A stretch of 64,000 bases of DNA from Eledone cirrhosa (lineage: Eukaryota): the NCBI GenBank assembly GCA_964016885.1, contig OZ024743.1, positions 115,382,001 to 115,446,000 on the forward strand, written 5' to 3'. Under the pieces are notes generated by a model. It did no database searches, was not told where the DNA came from, and was given only the letters and a program-made list of their open reading frames with translations. Of the stretch, positions 27,016 to 40,606 are shown one piece after another (positions within the stretch are counted from its first letter, which is position 1; every line of letters starts with the position of its first letter). The position numbers and the translations under genes were made by a program.

Positions 27016-28164
27016 GCAATGACATTTTATAAGACGCATATAGTGCAGAGAGACTGAAAGAATAACACAAAGCATTCTATTCGACATTGTAACAACACTG
27101 TCTATTCGCAGCCTCCATTTACTAGTGCTACGGTCGAAATACAAACGGAAAAAATGAGAGCGAGAGAGGGAAAAAATGACGTAGGCCACGATAAACCACA
27201 TTTAAGAAATACTATACTGCACGATTTTCTATCGATTTTTCCAAACTGATTTTATATTTTCACAAAGAGCTGTTTCATTTTCTCTTTCTTTTTTGTATTT
27301 TCCTACGATCTGATAACTTTTGTTTTTGTTTTCTCCTCGTACATTTAATTTACTTTCTGCAAAGGGGAGAGAAACTTGTGTCCCTGCTAATTTCCAGTTA
27401 ATTTCATGATAATCCTATGGGGCTCTACAAAAATAAATATGTATGTTGCTAAAGAAAACTAGCAGTTGTTATAACTCATCAGCAGTTGTTGTTGCCAGTG
27501 TTAGTGCTGTTGTTCTTGTTGGATAGCGATGGGGATGGTGGTAATTGTAGTCTTGTTGTTTTTCATAATCGTAGTGGCGGTAGTGGTGGTGGTAGTAGTG
27601 GCGATGGAGGTGACGGTGGCATTGTTGGTTGGGCTGATGTGGTGTTGCTGTGGGCGATGATGGTAGTGATGATTCAATGGTAGTTGTATTACATTAGGGA
27701 TACACAATGAGTTTAATTACTTCTGTGATGTTCGTTGACATGAAAAACCATTACAGCATTAATTATTGCACAAAGCACCCTCAGAGAGTTGTAGATAATC
27801 GAGGTTATAGAAGACCAGCTTAACGCCGAGAAGCTTCAGTGTTTTGTATACATTTGCTTTATTTTATAATTAAACGCACAATAGTCAGCATTTAGAATTT
27901 GTAATATATTACTACTATAGCAGTGAATTATGATGTACTGATGTTTCGCCAAATTACTAAGCTTATATTAAAGCCAACATTAGGAATTTCTGTTTAAAAC
28001 ACAAATTTTGCAGTAATTATGCAATTATATACTCTTATTAATAATGGCACAGAGGAAAATGGAACAGTATAATGAACCGTTTCCGTGAGACCGGGGGAAC
28101 CAGATGTCCAGATTAATAATGATTCCCACAGGAACTGCAAATGTGGAGGACAGGGCAAAAATGA

Positions 28165-28405
28165 TTAAATCAATCACAGTATATAACTAGTACTTTATTT
28201 AATTGAACTCGAAAAGATGAAAGGCCATGTTGACATCAGTGGGATTTAAACTCAGAACGTAAAGACTAGAACAAATACTGCTACACATTACAAATGCTTT
28301 ATTTTACCGAGCCCGTAAAGATAATAGGAAAAATGAACCTGGGCAGTATTTGATTCAGAATATAGAGATGTGTAACTAAAATAGCTCAACGCTCCACCGA
28401 TATTG
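28165..28405 (-). mobile_element. Two tandem decayed SINE copies
   Basis: gatgaaaggc...gggatttaaactcagaa occurs, followed by a second degenerate unit. Confidence 0.6.
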
Positions 28406-29061
28406 CCGTTCAAAACTTCTCTGAGTTTTATTTACCTCGGTTATTTTCAATGACCCTCTTCATTCAGTTCCCAATAGAACCTATTCTGATCTGTCGCAAA
28501 CAACGTATTTTGTCGAATTTGTTAAAACATGCTATCTCTTAACTATTTGCATAGTTCTCCAATAACGTTTTTGGACTATGTCATCCATTATTTATTTGAT
28601 GATGTATCTTTAAATATAGTTTTTTAACTTCCAGTTTTCTTGACGATCTCAAAACTTTCAATATTCTTCCTTAACTGATCACGTTGACGATGCAAGCGTC
28701 TCTTCCACCATAGTTTCTTTGTTGGTTTGTCATATGATTACTTCTATGACAAACATTTCTGCAACATATACAGTTATTAGTCATGGTGCTATCAGTACTT
28801 GTGATCTTGTCTAACACATTATAATCTACGGGTATTTCCGCCAAAATTACCCTCTTCTTAATCTTTCTTGTCGGTGATAACTCTCTCGGTTCTTAGACTG
28901 AATAATATTGTGGAATTACTCTTCTGAGAGGTTCTCAGTTGTATCATTATGATAATGGAAGAGTTCATCTATTAAGTTTCTGATCCAGTTAGATACGGAC
29001 GTCACCAAATAAGAGCAAGGAAATATTGAACACTACCGGGATTTTGCTTGTGAGATGAGAT

Positions 29062-29190
29062 TGTAGAATGCCTCCGCAAAAGTAATCCACTTTGTTATTG
29101 GTGTGTTGGAGTCTATTCCCAACACAATAGGAATATGTGTATGAGCGTTGATGCAAAATTCTGCTATACTGGATACAGCCAAAATGATGA
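29062..29190 (+). mobile_element. R4/Dong-like LINE C-terminal remnant running into (GAA)n
   Basis: FVIGVL..IP and MQNSAILDTAKMMR match the VVGALG...IQKIVLMGTAHILRK end of the 35435-36850 element. Confidence 0.5.
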
Positions 29191-29298
29191 GAAGAAGAAG
29201 AAGAAGAAGAAGAAGAAGAAGAAGAAGAAGAAGAAGAAGAAGAAGAAGAAGAAGAAGAAGAAGAAGAAGAAGAAGAAGAAGAAGAAGAAGAAGAAGAA
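29188..29298. repeat. (GAA)n microsatellite
   Basis: Pure GAA run. Confidence 0.95.
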
Positions 29299-30249
29299 AT
29301 GAAATAAAAACGATAACAAAGAAATATCGCTGAAATATTTCATAAATGACGAGATGCTTTTACGGTACTAATTTTAGCTGACACAATGTTATCTCTTGAT
29401 TCTAAAAGAATATTAACTAATCACTCATTTCTTTCTTCTTCATCTGAAGCTACAGTGTGCATCAAATATTTGAATTACAAATTTCGAAAAAGGTGAAAGG
29501 GAAAATGAAATTCTATTATTGTTGTGAAATACTGACTCCTCAATTTACTGAATACTAGTATAACGTCGTCTGGCACTTATTTTAATAACATTGGAAGAGA
29601 TGGAATTCAAGACCAATTGAAAGGTATCGTTTTAAACATAGAAAAAAGACAATCTCTTTAATTTGTAACGTGCCGTATCGTGTTGGTATGGGGAAGCACT
29701 ATGTCCGTTAAATTCAATCCTGTATACAACTGCTAGGTATCAAATCAATCTCACACCCATGATTTGTCCTTATGATTTGTACCCATGATTTGTACCCATG
29801 AAAAGAGAGTAAGATTATTACTGTTGTGACAACATGGCAAATAGTAACAGTACAGGGCGAAGGCAAATTCATTAAAATATCAGACAAATGTTTTTCTCAT
29901 ACTAGTTACGTCCTTTTCAGTTTCATACTCTCCAAATTCAGCGTTGGTTTTAATATTAAGGAGGAGATAAATTAAAGAACCAATGAAGTAGTGTGGTCGA
30001 TTATACTCTTACTGAAAATGTGCAAGCCTATGCCAAATATTCTTTTCTAATATTGGCCAGAGATGTGTGGGAAGGGCAAGTTTGAGTACATTGAACTCAA
30101 TATTTAACTGGTACTTATTTTATCGATCTTGGAAGGGTGAAATACAAAGTTCTGAATTCCGAGCGTAAAGAACAGGAATAACTACTGCATAGCAGTTGTC
30201 TGATGTTCTACTATCTCTAACAATCCACCATTCCTGCGTCAAAGAATAG

Positions 30250-30456
30250 GCACAAGCCAGCAATTTTGGGGTAGGGGAAAGTCGATTAAAAATCAACCCT
30301 AGATCATTACTGGTGCTTTATTTTATCAATCCGGTAAGGATGAAAGGCAAAGCCAACCTCGGTGGGATTTGAAATCAGAACACAAAGGGGCGTGTAACTC
30401 TATGCCACAAAGCATATTGTCCGACTCTCTACCGAAAGTACCAAACCACCGGCCTT
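30250..30456 (-). mobile_element. Full-length SINE with ~20-bp TSD; an older copy lies next to it at ~30045-30229
   Basis: Same core as 23754. TSD attcctgc(g/a)tcaaa(g/t)aatag at 30230-30249 and 30457-30476. Confidence 0.85.
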
Positions 30457-31932
30457 ATTCCTGCATCAAATAATAGAAACCAATAGGGTCAATGGCAGCA
30501 TAGGTACAACAACAACGAAATAAAAAGAATGTAAGGAGGATGAAATTAAATGACGGTATACATTTAGCCTAGAATTGCAGTCAGCACCTTCATATCATTA
30601 TAATCAAATAATTAGTTATTCAAATAAGTATAAAACATGCATGTGGAGAGATAGAACATACTGATATGAAATGACATGGTTTTCATCACCATATTTTATC
30701 TGAATATACGCACAGCATCCTATATATACGAATATTAAAGAATTTCTTACAGTATGGTCTTAAACAGATAACCGGAAAGATAATCTAAGCTGAGTACTAT
30801 CGTTGACCTACAATCTATTTCATAGGATGTTAATGTATTATGCTATAGGTCGGTGACTAGCATATTCGTTTCTTTGTTGCCTCTATGTATAATTATACAG
30901 GCACAAAAATAAATTATAATCCGTTAAAGAAGTTAGTTTCTTAAATTTATTTTTTCTGTTTAGCTACTTGATTGTTTTTGTTTAGATTTTAGACAAAACA
31001 TGATAGGATTATTGAGAGCATCAGTAAAGTATGGCGTAAAATGCCTTGCAGTAATTTATTTCGTCACTTTATTTTATGATTTATAACTACGTTGTGGACA
31101 ACTTTCTGTTTCACCTGGATAGAAAAATCACTTGAACGTTGAGTAAATTCTTTTGTGTTATTTACTTTACTCTTTATTTTCGAGTTCAAATCCCACTGAA
31201 CTTAAATAGGACATTTATCATTCCCAGCTCTAGAAAACAAAATACCAGTCACGTCCTGGGGTTGATTTGATCCCATATGCCTTTCTGCAATTTCATTAGC
31301 TTTTCACCTAAATTAGAAATCAATTTTAAAGAGACAACACATTCAATAAGTGTATGTTATAATATATTTTCCCTGACCAAAGTTCGTCCAAACGAGGTGA
31401 ATTCCTCTCTAATAAGGGTCCAAATTTGTTCATACTCTTCGCTTGTTGGAGATCTACAATTGATTTTCTGCGAGTGTCTAAGTGCAAATTCGTCTATCAG
31501 TCATTCGAACCCGATAAAATAAGTAACACTCAGTTACTAGTGTCGATTCTACTTCTCTATCTCTTTCTTACTTATCTATCACTCACACTTTTTCTCTGGA
31601 AGAAATCGGATATATTTAGATCCGGGGAGCGGGTGGGCGCAACCAGGTTTAATGAACCCAAGACACACACTATATGACGATGATTCCCCCAAGGCTTAAA
31701 CAGGAATTACAGATCTACAAATACAATATGTGAAAACAAAAGTGCTTACCATTGACGATTCCGTCACAGAATCAAAACTGTTGATGTGGAGTTTCACTTT
31801 AACAATAGTTGGCTCGTCTATAATAGAGAATAGAATTTGTATAAATGTATATTCACCGTTATTCTACATTTACAAATACATGCAAACATATAATACATAT
31901 ACAAATACATACATACATATATATAAATATAA

Positions 31933-32025
<93 letters not shown>

Positions 32026-32066
32026 CATACATATATATATGTATACATACATATATATATATATAT

Positions 32067-34187
32067 ATTAAAATAACAGATTCAAGTTTAAGCAAAGAAT
32101 CGCTGCTTTCACCCTTAACGGGATCTTCTGAAGTTAAAAAAGTCAATCTGTGAACGCAGAAGTAAATATTTCCAAAAACGTTGCAACCGAAGGAAGACAG
32201 GAAGACGATACTTTGGTTTGTGGAAACGTTCTCTGGCAATGGACGGAAAAAACGAAGATAATACGTCATTTGGCACTATCGGGAGAGGGTTGGACGCCAT
32301 GTTTTCTAGCATAGTTACGTCCCTTTACAGTCTGAGTTCAGATCACGCCGAGGTTAACTTTGCCTTTCATCCTTACGGGGTCGATAACATAAAGTACCAG
32401 TAATGTACTGGGTAATTGCTGGCCTTGTGCCTAAAGTAGAAACAATTATGTGGAGCAAGAGAACAATTACACGCTAAGACAAAACCCCGTAAATGGTATA
32501 ACTGAAGTCGTAGACTAAAATTCTATTTAGGGAACCGAATGTTTCTCGGCTTCAGAGTTAAGAATGGAGTAAATAAAATACAGAGGTAATTGAAATTAAT
32601 ATATACATACACACATCCATATACGTACACACACAAGCATACGCGAAAACACTCCCTATGGGTATGCAAATACATGCACGTACACAAAAAAGAAATTAAA
32701 AATGAAAACACACACACACGCACATACAGAACCCACGCAACGCCTCTACCGAATACATACGAACGTATACACTAAATACACATAAAAATAAATAAATAAA
32801 AACATACATATATACACATGTATGTGTCTGTGTGTGCGTGTATACATAATTAAATAAACGTATATAAATATACACAGATAAATACGTATACAATACGTAT
32901 ACAATGCGCGCGCACACACACCCACATGTAAATACACATATGTTCGCGGGATGACGTCAACCAAAACTTATACACTTATACACACACCCTATATACGTAC
33001 GAACTCGCAGACTCATACTGTACCAGTATATATAATATATACGCCAATAACATATACAAGCAAATATACGTACGAGAAAATATACCTATACGAATAATTA
33101 ATAGTATTAATATAACATATACTTAGCTACCACATCAATATGTAATATATCCACGTATAGTTCTTACTATCTGTTAGGTTATAATGTGGGGCTGTAATAC
33201 AGGAAAGTTTTGTGCAATTTATGTTTACAAGACGAAATTGCCTCAAATTTTTTGTTTAAGATGTGGTCTTTGGCGTAGAGTATTCCAGTGCCTCAGCGGC
33301 GAGAGAGGTGACATGTTCGTTTATTTCCGTTATACGATCTAGCCCTAGCTAGGATCTCCCAGTGTAACTTATATTGGGTGTGGTTGTCTTTTAGACTCCA
33401 GATATAAGCTGAAAGTGACGTCATATTCCTTCTTAAAGGGTTAAGTAAAGAATGGGTATGCATGTAAAGCCGCTGCTTGAATATATTGGCGGTTAACCCT
33501 ATGTACGCCCTACGGGACGTGGGTGTTTCAACCTTACATTTGTAGACAATGTTACTAGAGAGCCAATTCCCGGATAGGGGGCAGTCAACCCGGTTCCTAC
33601 AATTACAGTTAGTAGTAGCTACAGGGTTGCACGTCTTCCTACGGCTAGGTAATTTAGCTAAATTTGAAACTGTGATGTTATGTGCAAGGTTAGGAGTCGT
33701 AGAGTAAGAGATTTTAATGGTATTTCTATTAAAAATCTTACTATATTTATGTGCTGGGTGGAAATGCTTCATAATAAGGGAGAGAAAGATCTTAGCTAAA
33801 GGTGTGGCCACCTCCATATTATATGGTGGGTTATACCATATAATGCGTCGGGATCTATTTTTCCTAGGTCTATTCTCGTACTCTATAAGCTACCTTATCG
33901 ACAAATCCACTCCGAGCAAGAGCTTCATTGTAATATGTGGAATGGTCGTTGAATATATACTTTATTCTTAACTCTGAAGCCGAGAATCATTCGGTTTCCT
34001 AAATAGAGTTTTAGTCTACGACTTCAGTTATACCATTTACGTGGTTTTGTCTTCGCGTATAATTGTTTTCATTGCACCAAATAATGACGTATTATCTTCG
34101 TTTCTTTCTGTTCTTTGCCAGGAAATGTTTCCACGAACAAAAGTATCGTATTCCTGTCTTCCTTCGGCTGCAACGTTTTTTGAAATA
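32067..34187 (-). mobile_element. 3' fragment of a Penelope-like element with 3' pLTR and inverted 5' pLTR arm
   Basis: ORF 33293-33817: KHFHPAHKYSKIFNRNTIKISYS, CNCRNRVDCPL, IVYKC..AYIGLTANIFKQR. 33960-34187 is the reverse complement of 32165-32270 plus 32450-32566. Confidence 0.9.
32271..32449 (+). mobile_element. SINE inserted in the PLE pLTR arm
   Basis: TGGCACTATCGG A box, GAGTTCAGATCA B box, core and tail. It is absent from the inverted sister arm near 34075. Confidence 0.85.
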
Positions 34188-34294
34188 TATATATATATAT
34201 TTATTAAAATAACAGATTAAAGTTTAAGCAAAGAATCGCTGCTTTCACCCTTAACGGGATCTTCTGAAACTAACAATGTCAATCTGTGAACGCA

Positions 34295-34831
34295 ATCTCA
34301 TTTACTTTAAAATTTCAGCAAACAGGGTAGAAACAGAGCACTGTCAGCTTTATCTCCCCTGTTTGCTGAAAATTTAAAGTAAATGAGACTGTCACTACTG
34401 TAACACAATATCGTAAGGTCTTCGAAATGCTTTTAGTTAAGCATACAGTGTATTGCAAAATACACTATATATACATTCATATATACATCGCTATTTCAGA
34501 GCACCAATTCTAATTTTCAATTTCTGCTTGACCGGCAACCGCTCTGTATAATCAGTTCCTGATTATTACTAGAATTCTATAAGAATCAAACATTCATGAT
34601 TTTCACAAATAGGTGGAGTACTTAGCTTTGATAAAGACCAACAAGTACGAAACCGAGCTCTGTCAGTTTTATCTCCCCTGTTTGCTGAAAATGTAAAGTA
34701 AGTGAGACTGTCACTACTCTAAAACAATAGCGTAAGGTCTTCGAAATGCTTTTAATTAAGCATACAGTGTATTGCAAAATACATTATATATACATTCATA
34801 TATATATCGCTATTTCAGAGCACCAATGTTA

Positions 34832-34832
<1 letters not shown>
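34295..34832 (+). mobile_element. Tandem pLTR-like remnant (~320-bp period) with a short 5' inverted arm and a U3-A8 hammerhead-like motif (34624-34668)
   Basis: 34330-34508 is repeated at 34649-34827, and 34295-34327 is inverted relative to 34357-34388. Motif AGCU-UUGAUAA..GAAA-C(A/C)GAGCUCUG-UC-AG(C/U)U. Confidence 0.7.
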
Positions 34833-34886
<54 letters not shown>

Positions 34887-34930
34887 TTCCCAGTGTCCAC
34901 GTATTGCCTGGAAACTTAGCTGGGAATAGT

Positions 34931-35011
34931 CTTCCCTGATGACGAAAGGCTTCTCTGTACACTTCTTCGGAAAGTATGTTTATTCCCTTTCAGAAACTAA
35001 TTAGTTGGGAG
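34931..35011 (+). ncRNA. Type I hammerhead, homolog of 10876-10957
   Basis: CUUCC-CUGAUGA-C-GAAAGG...CCUUUC-A-GAAA-CUAAUUAG-UU-GGGAG. Stem II covaries with the 10876 copy. Confidence 0.85.
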
Positions 35012-35249
35012 TGAAATTTTAGTAAGTAAGTTAATTTTATAATTTTCTTATTTTACGTCTCTCATATATATATCTATATATATATATATATTAAAGTGTT
35101 AAACAATATTCAATGAGTATGTCAAAGAATGAGTTTTACAGTAGATTATATATATATATATATATATATATTTATTTATTTTAAGTACAGATTAAGGTTT
35201 TCGCAAGGAATCGCTGCTTCGGATTTTAGTCTTCATTTATCATTACTAT

Positions 35250-35375
35250 TACGCCGGTTTATGGTCTGAGTTCAAATCCCCCCAAGGTTAACTTTGCCTT
35301 TCATCCTTAAAGGTTGGATAAAATAAAGCACCAGTAATGCACTGAGTTAATTGCTGGTCTTGTGCCAAAATTATA
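35250..35375 (+). mobile_element. 5'-truncated SINE
   Basis: tctgagttcaaatccc...ttgcctttcatcc...gctggtcttgtgcc. Further copies at ~31180-31325, 41845-41925 and 47055-47185 (+), and at 25580-25720, 39580-39700, 43950-44040 and 61660-61720 (-). Confidence 0.8.
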
Positions 35376-35434
35376 AATAATAATAAAAATAATAAAAACA
35401 AAAGAAAAAAAATAATAACAATAATAATAACAAG

Positions 35435-36850
35435 ACTAGATAAATGCGCCAAAGCCACGTTCACCAGAGAAAGCTGCTGAAAATTTCAGACATTAACCTT
35501 GATCAGGGGAATGTGATAAGGGAACTTGATCAAGAGGAAACTTACAAATATCTAGCTGTTTGTGAAGGAGACGGAATGAATCACTCGACAATGAGGGAAA
35601 GGATAAGGAAGGAATGCTACCTCAGATTAGGAGCAATCTTAAGAACGGAGTTGAATGCAAGGAACACGCTTGCCATCAACTGGTCAAGCACAGAGATCCG
35701 TAGGCTTGATACAAAAATTAGAACATTCTTAACCATGCACAGAATGCATCACCCTAAGACAGATACAGATAGAATATATCTCCCTAGGAAAGAAGGAGTA
35801 CGTGGATTAATCCAGTTAGATGTTGCTTTGAAATCTGCAACAATTTGATTATCTACATATGTAAGGGAGGCACATGATTGGATGATCAAACTCGTTTTGA
35901 AACATGAGAGCATTAAAAGATCATACTCCATTACAAAAGATGCACAAAGATACAGTAATGAACTACAAATTTCAGAAGTTCCCTTTATGCTGAAATGAAA
36001 AACACAGAAAAAGCAAAGCAGGTAAGGGTAACTGCTACAGAAGCTGGCTAAGAAATGGCAGGAAAAGCCTCTGTATGGAAAATACCCAGAAAGAGTTAAC
36101 AATCCTGATGTTGACAACATTTGAACCCATTACTCTGGACTGAAATCGGAGACTGAAGGACTTATTATATCAGCACAAGATCAGTGTCTGCCAACAAAGA
36201 ATTATCAAGCCAACATAATAAAAAATGGATGCAGCCCATTATGCAGTACACGGAATATAATTTCAATGTGCAGTTCTGTAGCTCTCACCGAATACCTAAA
36301 CAGACACGACAGAGCTGCACAATACATACATTAGGTAATGTGTAAGCATTTTGACCTGCCCTAGCAAAAGAATTGGTGGGAGCATCAACCACCTCCCGCA
36401 CTTGAAAAAGATCACATCTCAATCTTGTGGAACTTTAACATCCAAACAGATCGAAAAATAGATGCAAATAGACCTGATATAATACTGAAGGAGTTTAAAA
36501 AGATGGTTTGCCTGCTAATTGATATGTCTGCTAATATATATGGAAGTTCAGAACTAAAACAATACCAATGGTTGTAGGCGCTCTAGGAATGAGAGCTAAG
36601 GCGTCTAATGATTACTTATCCCAAATCCCAGGAAACCCGCGTATAGAAGAAATACAAAAGATAGTACTAATGGGAACTGCCCATATACTAAGGAAGATGC
36701 TGTCAATAGAAATACATCACAAGTCTAAACACCTAAAGAAGCATGTATTTGTGTATGTGTTCTTTCTTGAACGCAGCGGACCTTGTTGTCTCTTGATGTC
36801 ACTGGTTATGACTTGGTGATAACTCGTATGAACATAAAGCAAGATAAATG
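35435..36850 (+). mobile_element. 5'-truncated R4/Dong-like non-LTR retrotransposon (RT C-terminus + restriction-like endonuclease), decayed
   Basis: YKYL, ILRTELNARN, MHHPKTDTDRIYLPRKEGVRGL, AQDQCL, YLNRHD, ILWNFNIQTD..IDANRPDII, VVGALG, IQKIVLMGTAHILRK. TAA-type repeats lie on both flanks. Confidence 0.9.
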
Positions 36851-37476
36851 AAATAATAATAATGGTAATTATTATTATTATATATATGTATATCTGTATG
36901 TATGTATGTCTCTATGTATATACATGTATATTTCTGTGTGAGGGTGTGTTAGTATGTGTGTGTGTGCTTATATCTATATAATATTTGCGTTAGCATGAAT
37001 TAAATCATTAGTATGGTAAAAATAATTGAAAAGTATTAGCTGGGAACAATAAGAAATCAAAATTCAATTCAAAAGACAAAACAAAGAGAAAGAAACGATG
37101 TTAAGGTTAATTATTCAATTCATGTGTTGCAACATGTCTTTGCCGCATTTGTCAACAAAGTGAACCAGTGAGTGGAATGTAATACAAAACGATTTGATGA
37201 AATAGAGCAGAGAATTTGAAAGCAATCATGAGAAACAACGTAAGAAATATACGTAGTCGGAATCACATGAAATGTTTTTAGTGGGCATCATCAAAAGCTT
37301 CTGAATTCTCCTGACACATATCTGATGACGGCATATATTTTAGCGAGTTAATGCTAGATTGAAAAAAATAAATCGTAATATAATGAAATCCTTTCAAACA
37401 ACATCCAATAATATGCAGACACACAGCCTAACAGACACAGACTCGCAAATACAAACATACTCACGCAAGAACCTAT

Positions 37477-37541
<65 letters not shown>

Positions 37542-37726
37542 GGAAGAGAGAGCGAGAGAGAGAGAAACACATATACATATGTGAATGAGAATTCAATACT
37601 ATCGTAGAGTTGAACTATTTTCATTGCAGCTAAGTGATAAGTCTTGTTTGATGATCCTGTGAGTTCACAGAGAAACAGAACTCATCGTTTAGCCATGATA
37701 AGGAATATATATATATATATATATAT

Positions 37727-37920
37727 GAAAAAAATATGACCCCGACGGCAGGGCTCAAGCCGTTTCGACGGCTATTTCTAGACGTCCAGAAATAGCCGTC
37801 GAAACGGCTTGAGCTCTGCCGTCGGGGTCATACTTTTTCCTATTTCCCACTCTACTACCCTAAGTATTGAGTACTCTGGTGCGTTATGGTTCATTTTGTT
37901 GCTTACCACAATTCCTTTGT

Positions 37921-37921
<1 letters not shown>
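37727..37921 (+). mobile_element. Family A fold-back remnant
   Basis: Palindrome 37727-37840 centred near 37783, plus the family A tail; (AT)n flanks. Confidence 0.85.
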
Positions 37922-38018
<97 letters not shown>

Positions 38019-38129
38019 TATTCGATTCATTTGCAAGTATGTGAACAGCCTCTTTTATAAGCCATGTCAGTAGATTGAGCGATAACTAGTTGTTAGTTAT
38101 TTGAATATGGCAAAGCCGGCCATTTATCG

Positions 38130-38415
38130 TTGATATGCAAATATGGTTGCACAGTGGGTCTTCTAATATGCAAATCTGAGTGATCAGCCAGTCTGGTAAT
38201 ATGCAAACAAAGTCGATCCGTCACTGTATATTTCAGAAAATATCATATATTTTCACTAGCTCTGACAGCTGGCAGGTAAGCAGTAAACTGCACTGATGAA
38301 GGGTAATCACCGAGAAACATTAGTGTCTGCAGTTCTGTTTGCATGCCAACACAATAGCGGGAATGAGGTGCTCATTCTACTGACATGGCTTTTAAAAGAA
38401 GCTGTTTGCATAATT
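38130..38415. promoter_or_regulatory. Cluster of octamer (POU-type) motifs; candidate enhancer or promoter
   Basis: ATGCAAAT at 38135 and 38168, ATGCAAAC at 38201, GTTTGCAT at 38337 and 38404. The context is non-repetitive. Confidence 0.4.
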
Positions 38416-38856
38416 GCAAACAAATCGAATATTATTATTGAAATTCGAAAACCTCAGACTACATTTATGAATATATATATATTGTATAGAAAGCATAAGA
38501 GAAACACAAACACAATGACAATTCCTGCGCTTTCACTATCTGCTGTGGGTCGGTGATGTTTCGACGCATTAAATACATTTCATCTCCCCACAGTGCGTTA
38601 GTAACTACGTGGAATAGTTATTAGGGGAAAAAAAACCCAAAACATAAAAAAACAGAGACGACAGCGAAGAGAACGGCAGAAAAAGAAAATAAACAGAAGA
38701 AAAATAACAGAAGAAAAACATACCGCTAGAGAAGGGGAAACACAAGACAGTAATACATGTAAGTTGCTGTGACCAATAGGATAGAGGGAGAAGTTAAAAA
38801 GGGGACCGAGCGTAAGCCCTGAATCCACACTAACAGCACGAGGGAGAGCGAAGAGA

Positions 38857-38945
<89 letters not shown>

Positions 38946-39265
38946 TGAACCCTTAGATTCCACCGTATTCTCGAATACAGATAATTATCTAATAAAAACT
39001 GGACATTTAATCTCTCACGTCTAAAAAACAAAATCCACATTTTCATTTTCCTGCGGCGTATAAGCCTGTTATTATTATACTATTTTCTGTAGTCTAAAAT
39101 GCGCCGAAAGCTACGAATTCAATTCAATTTTCTAATTCTACCACCATCAGCTAATCTCGTGATCGTTTACATACACACGCACACACCCACGCACACACAC
39201 ACATGCAAACATACACACACACACACACAGACACGCACACACACACACACACGCACACACACACA

Positions 39266-39305
<40 letters not shown>

Positions 39306-40489
39306 TGTGTGCGTGTGTGCGCGTGTGTGTGTGGCTATCCCTATTCACTCGAATAGTAAAAAAGTGAGTATTGACGTTATATTTCTATTTTCTTTCATTG
39401 CAAACTCTTCTCTATAAATGTATGGACCCGCAATTTCTGATAGAATTGTAGGTGTACCGTCAAAAGGTACGGTGAGTATTGGTCAGTTTAAATCTAGTGA
39501 AGTCCATCCCCCCGGAATACAGCCGATTTCTTTAAGAACAGGCAAGAATTAATGACAGAGAGGGAGTGAGAAATGACTAATCGACCCAGTACTGGACTGC
39601 TACTTTTTCTATCAACTCAAATGTTTGGAAGGTAAACTTAACATTGGCGGGGTTTGAACGAAAACCGCAATGCATTCTATCCAACTTCTAGTTCACCGCA
39701 CTTAACCCTGTATAATCTATCGAAACATCGCATATGACCCGACTCACTAAATATATTCAGCTAACATTTAAAGTTAAGCATTTGTAAATTTTCAAACCAG
39801 ACTTCGCCTTCTCCTCTTACTAATATTGAATGTCACACTAATAGGTTACGTGTATACTAAGCAATAAAAAAAAATAGTTGCCACATAAACTTAGCGCTAT
39901 ACCAACGACTCTATATGAAGCACTTTCTTATCATTTACTTATTTATTTATCCGTCATTTTATCAATTAATTTTATTTTTCTTAGTTCTGGCAAAATAAAA
40001 TTCAGAAACATGTACAAAAGATTACATGATGTATTATTTATGTTTGTGCAATATCCAAAGTGTTATGTTAGTAGCGGTATAACTGCGTATTTTTTTTTAT
40101 ATCTAGGGAAATATCGGATCTAATTTAAAAACAGGTGCAACACATTTGATTACAAAACGAAAACAAAAAATACCAATACAAGGTTCAAACGAACAAATTG
40201 TTACTATAGTAACCAGTTTATTTAAGCATTCACCCGTATTTTGCTGCTAAGTTTTATTACTGTTGTCTTCGTCTTTTTCAGTTATATGTTTCTTTTTTAC
40301 TATTATATTACAAACATGTTAAACAGAATTACAATAAAGATTTAGTTTCGTTTGAAGTATTAGCTGCCATTTTTCATTAGTTTTACAGGTGCCACCGATG
40401 TTTAGATGGAGAGGAAAACATTTCTAATTGCAATCATGATGATTACATGCATACATAAATGCACTCACACACATGCACACACACACACT

Positions 40490-40520
<31 letters not shown>

Positions 40521-40536
40521 GCAAATATATATGTAT

Positions 40537-40606
<70 letters not shown>

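Noticed and set aside
29148-29333. Poly-Arg protamine-like ORF
   Set aside because: It is a (GAA)n tract fused to a LINE remnant.
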